Positions 20,645-30,686 of a DNA stretch of 64,000 nucleotides are shown piece by piece (position 1 is the first letter of the stretch; the number at the start of each line of letters is the position of its first letter). The translations under genes were made by a program, and so were the position numbers. The stretch is from a virus: IMG/VR virus record IMGVR_UViG_3300027712_000018. One strand, written 5' to 3'. The notes below the pieces were generated by a model. That model made no database searches. It saw only the letters and a program-made list of their open reading frames with translations, and had not been told where the DNA came from.

Positions 20645-20848
20645 TTAATTACCCACTAGTTTGGTTAGAAGATTGAGGACGTTTTTGAGTTTGTCATTCA
20701 AACTTTTTACTTCCTCTTCTAAAGTATTTATTCTATTTTGTAGAGACCTTTTTAATTTGTATTCTTCAAAGGCTTGGTGATCTTTATTCACTATAGCCTT
20801 TGAAGATGGATCTCTATTATAACTTGGATCGTCAGTCGTAATTTTCAT
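20645..20848 (-). CDS. Small conserved coiled-coil protein
   Basis: RDPSSKAIVN..YK...coiled-coil pattern seen after the giant virion protein in T4-like phages. Confidence 0.6.
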   Translation of the reverse strand: MKITTDDPSYNRDPSSKAIVNKDHQAFEEYKLKRSLQNRINTLEEEVKSLNDKLKNVLNLLTKLVGN

Positions 20849-20849
20849 A

Positions 20850-23800
20850 TTATGTTAATGCTATTGCTCTTAGGTTTTTAACTTTTGGAACAACGTTATG
20901 TGCTTCCCCCAATAGAACAATCTTAATCGCAAAGTACTTATAACCGATGTAGATAGCACCACCAGCGTCTTTGTAAGTGATTTTGTTACCATTTGAAGAG
21001 TCCAATATAGCACCAGCATTTGCACCCAAGACGGCGCCCACTGGCATATAGTATTCAAATTCACGGTAGTCGTACAGATCAGATACGGATGATGTTAGGT
21101 TGGTCGAGTCTTTGAGAGTCAGTTTAGTCCATTCGACTTCGCCAAGTGGTCTTTGGTCACTCTTATGTTTAAATCTTGCATAGACTTCAATTTTGGCTCC
21201 AGTAGGTCTATATGCAGTCAAATACACCTTGAGGTCTTCAGCATCTAAGTTCTCTTCCAATGTTACAGGTTTAGTGATAAACTTGGTTAGAGCGTTACCA
21301 CCAATTGGAAGGATTTCATTATTAGAATCATTATTAATGATGTGTTCGAACACATTTATAATACCAGACTTGTAGTTCACGATTGGAGTCGAGTCTTTAA
21401 CACCAGAGAAGTTATTGTTTAGTGTTGCAGAGATTCTAAATCCTTGTTGGGTTTGCAAAGAAGCACTGGGAATTGTCCCCAAATACTTGTGATAAGGAAT
21501 TTCCTGTGTCACAGATATTGGTTGATTGGTGTCATTTCTAATAAATGATGGAGAAGGCCCAGCAATGAAATCGAGTTGATACTTGGTACTTGTGTTAGTG
21601 TAGTTGTATTGATCAACTTTGGCTCTCATTGTACTGACGTTAAGAGCGTCGATTGAAGAGATGGTCGCACTACAATTTGATTTTATGCCACGAATCGTGT
21701 CGCCCACTACAAATTTTTGTGTACTAGCCACACTAGCGCCAATCGGATTTGATGATCCTCTCAAGTGAAGTAGGTTAGAAGAAGCGTTGTAATATGAAAC
21801 CGTACCTGTAACAGCTTTGAACACATTAGCTGATGTGTTTGAATAAAAAGGAGCTCTATCTAAAGTGATTACCGTTGAATTTGCTGCTGTGATTTTAACA
21901 GCATCAACGACGATGTTATTATTAGCTCCAACAGCCCAATAACCTAGCCAATTACCGCTCGAAAATGTACCCGTTAAATCGGTATTAGTACTAATTGTCT
22001 TAAGTGAACTATTTGTGGTAATACTTGCTAATGAAATATTAGCGTTGAGTTTAACTACAATTTCATCTGCAGTGAAATTGGAACCATATGTATGGCCTTT
22101 ATTGTCAATATAAGTAGTTCCTGTCGGAGTAATTGTGAAGAATTCGTGGTCATCGTTTGTCAAATACGAAACACCCGTTCCACTATATTCATTGTTGTAG
22201 AACGTAAATTTCAAATTGTCAGTGTTATTTGGCGTCCAAGCAAGACCGTTTGTTGATGTGAATAGAGTGCCAGTAAACGTATCCTTTGTCACGGAAATTT
22301 GTTTAATAACATCTTTGTCGCCAGATCTAGCAATCCACATTCTAAAACTAGGATCGTGAGCATCGGGAATGATCACGATTGCATAAGTTGTATCAGTTTT
22401 TAATATTATAAGATCATCAAACGATATAGTGGTTGCCGCTTCAGAGGTGGTATTTGCATTGATTGATTCGTTAGGAACATATTTTGATGCAAGTATTTCA
22501 CTAGGGTTAGGACGATCATTTTTTGTGCCGACAATTTGAATTGTAACGCCATGACCCGTAGAGGCAGCTGGTTTGGCTTGGAAATAAAGGTCAATAGTGT
22601 CAGTAACAATAACGCTATCATTCCCCATCGTGCGTTTGATGGTGAATGTTTGTGAAAGATAGTCAAACACTAACGTATCGTTGACGTTGATTACAGACGT
22701 TTCAGTGTAAGTTCCACCCGTTTTAAAGGTGATAGGTGGCATAGGATATTCACGACCTTTGGCAAATCCGTGTGCGTCACCATCGTTATAAGCACTATAA
22801 ATCGCAGTAGCTACAGTGGTCGTGCCTAATTTAGCACTCTCATATACTTGTATCTTATGTTCGCCAACCTTTAGATTGTTAGGTGGAATATTTAATACAG
22901 CTAACATTTCACCTTTTGAGTCGGATAGAACTGACATTTCACCAGACTCACTCCACAATGCACTGGTGTCGTGAATCCAATCACCATGAATTGCTTCAGA
23001 CGTATCACGTGTTCCATATCCAGACGAAATGGATGTGATATCGGTGCCACTAGTGTAGTGTCCTGGCAATACGTTTGTGGCTTGACCGTCAACAAACACC
23101 CAATATCTAGTCTTAGGTTTTAGACCAGTAACTTTAATTCTAATATCTTGTGGTCTAGCAAAAGCAGAGTTGAATGTTGACGTAGAAACGGTAGATGATA
23201 CCCACTGCCACTTACCACTATGATATCCCCAATTGTACCATCCGCCATTTTTATAAGTTAGAGTTGAGGTTTTTACACTCAGTCCATCAGCAGAATATTC
23301 ATAGATTGGATCACCAAGTCCTGACGGCTCAGGGGTGATGATGGTATCTTTACCAAGATCATAGTATGGATAGATTTGGATCGTACCAGTGTTGTCGTAT
23401 GTATTCACTACCGTCTCTTTATGGTAGGTCGCATAAGGTTGTCTGATAAGAATACGATTATTCGTGTCTTTTATTGTAAAAGAATTATTGTAGTAACGGA
23501 TATTGTTATCGTTAATACCAATATCTTTCTTAATATGTAGTGGATATTCTCTGAATCTTGGAATAACTTCTTCAGTATCCGCATCGTATCCAGCGGAAAA
23601 ATCTGGATCAAATAAATCTGCACCCATCAAATTGCTAAAATTGTCAACCAAAATACCATTTTTGAAACGATTTAGGCCGTTTGCGTCAGTGATCATCAAG
23701 TTTTTGGTGTCTGTTTCGAGTAGACTTAATGCACTGTAATATTCTAGTCTATTCACACGACTATCAATGCCGCCAACGTCATCCATGGTGTATCTACGGT

Positions 23801-26800
23801 GGCTTCTTGGTGTTACGGTAACCCCGTATCTCTTTTTATTAAGCGATGCGGCCGCACTAGAAGACAGTGATGGATATTCTGGAACAGTAATATCGGCCAA
23901 AATCATACCAGACGAAGGTTCGTTTGGTGGTATTGGACTGTCAGATGGCGTTCCTTGCTTAAGAACTAGGTTACCACTAGCATCAATCATCAAATAGTCT
24001 TTTCTAGCCAGATAGTAACTGTAATCTGTCACCAATGGTTCATTTGCAGTTGGCAGATACAGTTCCGAATTGGTATTAAAGCTGATAGTAGAAACAGGAT
24101 TTACAGTTGCACTTGCGGAAGTTGTCGAGTTTGCGGCAGTGTTGACCGAATACATTCTGAAGTCGATAACATCTCTTAGATCATACACCATATTGTTTGT
24201 GGCAGTATATGATGGAATGTTATAGGTTTGAATTGCGGAAGTATTTGCAGTATTAACATCGTCAATTGGGTATGATGATACTGTAAAGAATCCGTAATCA
24301 GTATCTATAGTCGATTTTTTGAAACGAGTTAGTTTAACTAACAAAGTCGAGTATTGAGTAAGAGTTAATCCAGACTTTTTGGAAATAGTTGACAGGCCAT
24401 AGTAATCATCTTTTTGGTTTGTATTCAAAGAGAAATACGATTTCTTGTCGTTTGCAGAAGATTCTGCGGCGTATGAATTCGCACTACCCACGTAGATATT
24501 TTCAATCTTGTACACATCAGGAAAACCTAAAGTCCAAGGCCCTGTGTTGTTGGCACTGTTGTTAGCGCACAGAATCTTTACGTATACAGTCTCAAGAACC
24601 TTTTTGGTTGGTGCAGTGATGGCAGTTCTCTTAGCGTTGTAATACAACACAGAGTTGGCTATAGGGGTGCTATTAGCAAAAGCGGGAATAGTGATATTGA
24701 GTTGGTTACTCGTGACAACCATTGTAGCAGTAGACAAATCAATCGGTTTGTCCTTTACATATGGCCCAGTAGTAGTACCAGAAATAAGCATGAAGTCTTT
24801 TCTTTGTGTACTGTCTAGTGTTCCACTCACATTGAATGTGCCTGTTGGAACGGTGAAGGTAGAAGCGACACCCGTGTTAACAATAGAAGAAATGACATTC
24901 GAAGATCTGTAAATGTAGTTTGCAGATGTAGTGGCAGCAGGCAAAGCTTTTAGTGCATCACGACCTACTGTGAACAGACGAAGTTTGAATGCTTGGTCGT
25001 AGATGGTTGTGTCAACCAAGTCTGCAGTTCCGGCAATTCCGTTTACGATTGATTTAACATCATCCCATATACCTATAACAGTTGCAATCCCGTTGTTTAC
25101 ATAAGATCCGCCAGTAGAAGTGTTCGCAATCGTGAAGTGTGTCGCATTAGCAGTAGTGACGGTTTGGTTTGATAAATTGTATGTAGTTGGATTGACGCCC
25201 GTGATGGATACTTTTGTGTTTGCGGTATAATTATTATTGCTAGCAACGTAAATAAAAGAAGTGCCGTTTGAACTTGCACCAGTAATAGTAGTATTACTGA
25301 TATTCATTTTAATATCAGACAAATACATCTTGTAGTAAGCGTTCGCCGAACTCATAGTACCACTGTCATATTCAACTGATATTACTTTTGCAGTACCAAT
25401 TGATACGCCACTGTTTGCGCCGATAGATCCATCAGTAGAATTTGTTTGAGTCGCATTGAATAGGTTGACAGTGGCCGCTTTGTTAAAATCGAAAGCGCCC
25501 ATATATTCTTTTACAAGAACATAATTTCCGTAGTTACTGGATACGCTCTGTGTCAATTCGGTATTAGAACTAGTTGACTTTGGCAAATCGACGGTAGTTC
25601 TATTAAGAAGTTCTACACGCTTTCCTTCGACATAAGCAATACCAGAACCAATATCAAGGTTCAACGCCTGTTCTCTGACTTCGCCATCACCAACTCCCAA
25701 TGCAGTTGCAGTGAAAATAGTTCCAACCGTTGCACCTGACGGCGCACCTATAGCAACAAAGCCACTAGTTCCAGTAGAACCTAAGTTTGTAATAGCATAA
25801 CTCTTGCCAACTTTTATACCAGTAACTTCAGTAGTAACAATATTATTTGACGTTTTAATAGGAAAGTCTTTTACAATGTAGTTGCCTGACTCTTCTTTCG
25901 TGCGTTGTTCAATGACATTCATGATGCCGTTGTATTGAGTGCCAAGATTTCTACGAACAACTTTACCGTACATGTATTCTTGAATAGCGAAGAAGGTCTG
26001 ATCGTTTTCAGCAGTGGTTTTATCCATAACTGTTAGAATAGGAGTTAACTTTAGACGATCTGCGCCTGGAGCTTGATAGTTGTTGTATCCCGAAGCATTA
26101 TCCAATAAGGAAATGTCATTGTCACTAGTGATGAGTGATTCTGCGGTTTGGAATCCGACGACCGCATTGTTCGGCACGTTTGTGTAACGATTGGCAGTTG
26201 TTACACCAGATGCCGTAGTGTAACTTGGGACAATGACGAGCTGTGGATCGACACGGGTGAAGAATCCCTTTTGATAAATGATACCTTCTCCTACACGTAC
26301 ACCGTATGAGTCGCCAACAGCGTTAGCAGGAATTGACAAAACGCTACCCGCCACCGTCACAGTGTCGATTAGTCCGTTGTTGCTCAGATATCTAAGTTCT
26401 AGGTTTTCACTTACGTTGAAAGTTTTGATGGAGGGGTCTGTATTTCCACTTCCCGTATATTTAATATACAGAGTGTTTAGATCAGGGTCTTGCGATTCCA
26501 ATCCAATATCATAATCTTGTACGATAGCGGTAACGCCAGTTGACAAACCGTTGATCTTGGCCCCAGCATAGTTACTCATTGGAACTGGTTGGCCGTTTGT
26601 ATTCAAATCAAGAATTTTAACATACTTGAGGTTAGCGATCTCAGTAAAGTTACAACCTTCAATGATTGTGCCTTCTTGCAAGATGTTGTTACCAAAACGT
26701 TCAACCTGATTTTGAAGAATAGATTGAAGTTGCGTCATCTCTCTAGCTTGTATTGCTACACCGGGCTTAAAAAGAATTCTATGAAAGTTTTTCGCTGTAT

Positions 26801-26849
26801 CAAAATCATCATAGTACGGTGCGCCCGTTAAATTTGTATTTAAACTCAT
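20850..26849 (-). CDS. Giant virion structural protein (DUF4815-type, baseplate-associated)
   Basis: PYYDDFD..NFHRILFKPG..IQAREMTQLQSILQNQVERFG, APGADRL, NRFKNGILVDNF and C-terminal FAIKIVL...LRAIAL motifs. Confidence 0.8.
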   Translation of the reverse strand: MSLNTNLTGAPYYDDFDTAKNFHRILFKPGVAIQAREMTQLQSILQNQVERFGNNILQEGTIIEGCNFTEIANLKYVKILDLNTNGQPVPMSNYAGAKINGLSTGVTAIVQDYDIGLESQDPDLNTLYIKYTGSGNTDPSIKTFNVSENLELRYLSNNGLIDTVTVAGSVLSIPANAVGDSYGVRVGEGIIYQKGFFTRVDPQLVIVPSYTTASGVTTANRYTNVPNNAVVGFQTAESLITSDNDISLLDNASGYNNYQAPGADRLKLTPILTVMDKTTAENDQTFFAIQEYMYGKVVRRNLGTQYNGIMNVIEQRTKEESGNYIVKDFPIKTSNNIVTTEVTGIKVGKSYAITNLGSTGTSGFVAIGAPSGATVGTIFTATALGVGDGEVREQALNLDIGSGIAYVEGKRVELLNRTTVDLPKSTSSNTELTQSVSSNYGNYVLVKEYMGAFDFNKAATVNLFNATQTNSTDGSIGANSGVSIGTAKVISVEYDSGTMSSANAYYKMYLSDIKMNISNTTITGASSNGTSFIYVASNNNYTANTKVSITGVNPTTYNLSNQTVTTANATHFTIANTSTGGSYVNNGIATVIGIWDDVKSIVNGIAGTADLVDTTIYDQAFKLRLFTVGRDALKALPAATTSANYIYRSSNVISSIVNTGVASTFTVPTGTFNVSGTLDSTQRKDFMLISGTTTGPYVKDKPIDLSTATMVVTSNQLNITIPAFANSTPIANSVLYYNAKRTAITAPTKKVLETVYVKILCANNSANNTGPWTLGFPDVYKIENIYVGSANSYAAESSANDKKSYFSLNTNQKDDYYGLSTISKKSGLTLTQYSTLLVKLTRFKKSTIDTDYGFFTVSSYPIDDVNTANTSAIQTYNIPSYTATNNMVYDLRDVIDFRMYSVNTAANSTTSASATVNPVSTISFNTNSELYLPTANEPLVTDYSYYLARKDYLMIDASGNLVLKQGTPSDSPIPPNEPSSGMILADITVPEYPSLSSSAAASLNKKRYGVTVTPRSHRRYTMDDVGGIDSRVNRLEYYSALSLLETDTKNLMITDANGLNRFKNGILVDNFSNLMGADLFDPDFSAGYDADTEEVIPRFREYPLHIKKDIGINDNNIRYYNNSFTIKDTNNRILIRQPYATYHKETVVNTYDNTGTIQIYPYYDLGKDTIITPEPSGLGDPIYEYSADGLSVKTSTLTYKNGGWYNWGYHSGKWQWVSSTVSTSTFNSAFARPQDIRIKVTGLKPKTRYWVFVDGQATNVLPGHYTSGTDITSISSGYGTRDTSEAIHGDWIHDTSALWSESGEMSVLSDSKGEMLAVLNIPPNNLKVGEHKIQVYESAKLGTTTVATAIYSAYNDGDAHGFAKGREYPMPPITFKTGGTYTETSVINVNDTLVFDYLSQTFTIKRTMGNDSVIVTDTIDLYFQAKPAASTGHGVTIQIVGTKNDRPNPSEILASKYVPNESINANTTSEAATTISFDDLIILKTDTTYAIVIIPDAHDPSFRMWIARSGDKDVIKQISVTKDTFTGTLFTSTNGLAWTPNNTDNLKFTFYNNEYSGTGVSYLTNDDHEFFTITPTGTTYIDNKGHTYGSNFTADEIVVKLNANISLASITTNSSLKTISTNTDLTGTFSSGNWLGYWAVGANNNIVVDAVKITAANSTVITLDRAPFYSNTSANVFKAVTGTVSYYNASSNLLHLRGSSNPIGASVASTQKFVVGDTIRGIKSNCSATISSIDALNVSTMRAKVDQYNYTNTSTKYQLDFIAGPSPSFIRNDTNQPISVTQEIPYHKYLGTIPSASLQTQQGFRISATLNNNFSGVKDSTPIVNYKSGIINVFEHIINNDSNNEILPIGGNALTKFITKPVTLEENLDAEDLKVYLTAYRPTGAKIEVYARFKHKSDQRPLGEVEWTKLTLKDSTNLTSSVSDLYDYREFEYYMPVGAVLGANAGAILDSSNGNKITYKDAGGAIYIGYKYFAIKIVLLGEAHNVVPKVKNLRAIALT

Positions 26850-26863
26850 GTGTTTTAAGCCTC

Positions 26864-29413
26864 TTAAAATTCAATAATTAGTTTTATTTTTTCGGTTTGG
26901 TTTGGGTCACGTGTAATCGGTGAGAAGTTCTCTACATAAAGAATTTCACCAGAACCGTCAATAACGGAATTGCGTGAATAGTCTCTTCCCGTGAGTTTCG
27001 CTGTCGCACCGTTAGTTTGTCCTATGAATGTATTTATTGTCGCTGAAGCATCATCAGATAGATTAAACGTTCCCTGTACGCCATTTAGACTTATGACACT
27101 GACTAAATCGACAGTCGAGACTGCCACGTTAGCACCACTTGTTTGACCCACTAGATAGTTGAGTGTAGTTGTACCAGTTTGAAATGTTCCTGTGATGTTC
27201 TTCAAAGTTAGTTTGGTGTTATTTCTAATGGCGACCTGACCTGTTGCACCAGTATTTGCTTGAACGACAACTTCATTCGTGATAAAGTTGGCCGCAGAGT
27301 TTGTAGATAAGACGAGTTGAGAGACTGTCTCGTTTGTGTGGACATAACCCAATCCGTTTGCTTGGAATGTATTATCAACCGAAGACACCGTAGAAATTAT
27401 GCCAGTCACATAACCAGTGATAGTATTAACAGTCGTATTACCACCGATAAATGATCCATAGTTAGGATTTACGACGATGGTATTATTGTAACGGTCAATG
27501 ATAGTTCCGTTTGCAGTAACCGTCGATCCATTATACTGAGTAATCAATTCGCCATCATTATACAGATATGCGGGATTAAGCAATCCAGTGTTTGCAAGAT
27601 TATTTATGGTCAATTTAATAATGTTAGAACTAATCAGATTTAGTCCTGTTTGAATAACCAATTCATCGTTTGCAAAACCGACACTGCTTGGGCCGAGATT
27701 TGTTATGTCTGCTTGGAATATCTGGCGTTGATCAAATGTATTGAATCCACGGTCAAGTGATAGAACCGATGTGTTTGCAAGACTTGTTTGACCCACAATA
27801 TAGTTAGCGGTAGTGTTACCTGTTGAAAAGAATCCACTGATTGACCCAAGTCTCAATGTAGTCCCAGAACGATTGATGACCTGACCTTTGGCGCCTGTGT
27901 TGGCTTGGAGTACATATTCGCCAGCACTGAACGCTGTTGCAGAAGATCCAAGAGTGATTTCCACGTTGGCGAAAGATGGGTCTTTAATAATAGAAACACG
28001 ACGATAGTCATTAGTCGTTGGGATGGTACTAGATTCACTATTGGCGAATGCGACACCAATACCAATTCTTGATGCATACAATTCGTTAACTGGATCAGAA
28101 CCATGACCTTTAGGAGGAGAAATGATTGCACGAGCTTTAGCACTAGTAGTGTTAACGTAAGTCGAAGTGTTTGAGATGTTCCCCGTGTTCGCAATCAAAG
28201 TGATGTTGGCATAAGTATAACCCGAACCAGAATTGATGATTTCGATATCACCAATAGAGTTAGCGGTTGGATTTACAATAGCTACTGCACCAGCATTCAC
28301 GCCGTCACCCGTAATGATAACTCTTGGGCCAATTTCATAGATTGACGAAGTATCGGGAACGATATCTAATGAAGCATTCAAAATAACTGAACGAGCATCA
28401 CCAGCACTGATGTACGATGTAATTGTTCTTAATTGTCCCGCCCCTTTGCCGGATCTTATATAGAACGAGTTGTTATCGTAGAAGTGACTGGTAGGATTTA
28501 GCGAAGCGTTTAGAGGCGTCACAGAATTGATCACCGATGTAGTACCACTGCTTTGACCTACTAAATTTGCAGTAGCAACAAAAGCTCTATCAACGTTAAC
28601 CACACGAACCGTATTGTTACCCGTGAACACAGCCACGACAACGCCATTAGAAGTTTTAGATTGATAAAGAGAAGATACTTTTTCTTCTTTGAACCCTGTT
28701 ACGTTGGCAACAGTAACATCATATTCCAAATATTTATCGCTTGACAAAGCATACACTAATGTGTTACCGTTTACCGTAGATTCTTTAATTGTGCCAGTAG
28801 CGTAACTATTATATTGAGACCCTGGATTAGTAATAATGATTGTGTTGATAGCACCAGAAATTGCATTACCACTCACATTAGCGTTTGGAATAATTGGAAC
28901 AAATTCTGCAGTAGCGAATTTGCTGTATGTAGTTTGGTCAATCGTGTACATATACTTCCACTGATAACCATCGGCCGTTGTATACAGTTGATCGTCTGCA
29001 GAAGTCTCTGAGAACAATGGTTGGCTTGTGGAGGCAATACCGCCGTAGTTGTTCAGACATTTGAATACGTGATAACTACCCGATTCAGTTGACACGACGA
29101 AGAAGTTTTTTGTTTCCAAATCAAAAGAGATGTCATCATACATGGCATATTTAGTACCTGATGTCCACACATAGTTTTTAATCATATGTTTCACATCATC
29201 GGGCGATAAGTGTTTACCAAAAATCAGATCATCGTATATGTTATAATACTTACCTTGCATTGTATTGTCAATGGAAGGCGGATTGATGTCGTCAGTAAAT
29301 GGAATGCTTCTGTGAGCTCCCACATAATAGATGGTGTTAGAAGATTCACTAAAAGACTCTAGAAACTGAGCCGCAGAGTGTGTTCTGAAATTGGTAGTTA
29401 ATAACTTAGGCAT
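26864..29413 (-). CDS. gp8: Baseplate wedge protein gp8 (expanded)
   Basis: W.SGT.Y..YDD, VFKCLNN, TADGYQWKYMYTI, ISPPKGHG.D...EL and GEILYVENFSPITR...TEKIKLIIEF. Confidence 0.85.
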   Translation of the reverse strand: MPKLLTTNFRTHSAAQFLESFSESSNTIYYVGAHRSIPFTDDINPPSIDNTMQGKYYNIYDDLIFGKHLSPDDVKHMIKNYVWTSGTKYAMYDDISFDLETKNFFVVSTESGSYHVFKCLNNYGGIASTSQPLFSETSADDQLYTTADGYQWKYMYTIDQTTYSKFATAEFVPIIPNANVSGNAISGAINTIIITNPGSQYNSYATGTIKESTVNGNTLVYALSSDKYLEYDVTVANVTGFKEEKVSSLYQSKTSNGVVVAVFTGNNTVRVVNVDRAFVATANLVGQSSGTTSVINSVTPLNASLNPTSHFYDNNSFYIRSGKGAGQLRTITSYISAGDARSVILNASLDIVPDTSSIYEIGPRVIITGDGVNAGAVAIVNPTANSIGDIEIINSGSGYTYANITLIANTGNISNTSTYVNTTSAKARAIISPPKGHGSDPVNELYASRIGIGVAFANSESSTIPTTNDYRRVSIIKDPSFANVEITLGSSATAFSAGEYVLQANTGAKGQVINRSGTTLRLGSISGFFSTGNTTANYIVGQTSLANTSVLSLDRGFNTFDQRQIFQADITNLGPSSVGFANDELVIQTGLNLISSNIIKLTINNLANTGLLNPAYLYNDGELITQYNGSTVTANGTIIDRYNNTIVVNPNYGSFIGGNTTVNTITGYVTGIISTVSSVDNTFQANGLGYVHTNETVSQLVLSTNSAANFITNEVVVQANTGATGQVAIRNNTKLTLKNITGTFQTGTTTLNYLVGQTSGANVAVSTVDLVSVISLNGVQGTFNLSDDASATINTFIGQTNGATAKLTGRDYSRNSVIDGSGEILYVENFSPITRDPNQTEKIKLIIEF

Positions 29414-29423
29414 CTATTGTTCC

Positions 29424-30686
29424 TTACATCGCAGTCGTTCTGCCGGTCTCAATCATGGTAGTGCCGTCTGACACAAAGTCTATAACAAAAGTCTTGGCGG
29501 TTACAGTACCAGTGGCAAGAGTTCCAGTAGTCAAGAAACCACTACCAAATGTGATAGTGTATGAAGTAACACCACTTGTGACGATAATTACTGAAGCTCT
29601 AGATCCAGCAGGAGATACCGTAGTCGTGAATGTTGCAGTAGCGTTAGGCGTGACCTTAACTACGGTGTTGGTCGCCAAGGCCATGGCAACAGTTCCAGCA
29701 GTCAATGCGGTGTATCCACCAGCAACTTGTTGTGTTGCTTTGATGTTACCCGTGACCGTAAGTTTTTCGGTCTGAGTAGTAGCGCCGATAGCAACGTTAC
29801 CATTGAAGTAGTTTGGAGCTGTTCCGTTTGCATAAAAGTTATAAGATGTTCCACCGCCAGAAGCAATAGGGTGAGCAGATCCGAAACCTACTACGAGTTT
29901 GCCGGTAGTAACACTAGATGCGGGAATCCCTATGGCATAAAATCCATAATTGTTTGTAGCGCCAAACAGATTGGATTCCGTAGCAAATCCGATTTGGTTT
30001 GTTACAGTAGAAGACGCCCCAAATGTTCCTTGAGTGGCATAATAATGTCTAAGGGTTGGAAGAGTAAACGTTGAATTTGCCGTGCTAGCCACACTAATAA
30101 AATAATTAGCAGTTGTTGTCACATCACTTTGAATGGTGCCACTTAAGTACACTCCATACGACACAGCTTGACCTGTGATATTCTTAGACACCCCAAGGTT
30201 AGTATTATTCGAACCAATAGTACCAATGCCAATGTTACCAAATTCGTTGATTCTCATGCGCTCGGTTAAAGTTCCAGCCTGCATTGTATTGAGTATCATG
30301 AACGAAGATTCTGAAGTACTGGTTGCGTTTATTATTCCAGCGAAAATGGCACCGTACTCTTTACTAGCCCCAACAGAATTTTTACCTCTAAATCTGATAG
30401 TACCTATAAGATCGTTTGGTGCAGGCGATGCACTATTTCTATAAAGAACAAGGTCGGGACTATCGGCTGCACCAAAATCTGTACTCGTAACAACAAGAGC
30501 ATCACCTACACCAGATGAGTTAACCGTAAACGATCCCGACTGTACGTTACCGACAGCGATTCTAAGTTCCGACATTAGAATCTTGTATTCAGTGTTGGCA
30601 CTAAAACCATGCACAAGGAATAGATCAGTGTCAACAATCGCCGATCCCGCAATAGCAGATAAGGCTTTTAGGGTAGTGTTTGCCAT
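29424..30686 (-). CDS. Fibre-like virion protein between gp7-like and gp8
   Basis: SPDLVLYRNSASPA, ERMRI..GNIGIGT and EKLTVTGNI fibre motifs. Confidence 0.6.
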   Translation of the reverse strand: MANTTLKALSAIAGSAIVDTDLFLVHGFSANTEYKILMSELRIAVGNVQSGSFTVNSSGVGDALVVTSTDFGAADSPDLVLYRNSASPAPNDLIGTIRFRGKNSVGASKEYGAIFAGIINATSTSESSFMILNTMQAGTLTERMRINEFGNIGIGTIGSNNTNLGVSKNITGQAVSYGVYLSGTIQSDVTTTANYFISVASTANSTFTLPTLRHYYATQGTFGASSTVTNQIGFATESNLFGATNNYGFYAIGIPASSVTTGKLVVGFGSAHPIASGGGTSYNFYANGTAPNYFNGNVAIGATTQTEKLTVTGNIKATQQVAGGYTALTAGTVAMALATNTVVKVTPNATATFTTTVSPAGSRASVIIVTSGVTSYTITFGSGFLTTGTLATGTVTAKTFVIDFVSDGTTMIETGRTTAM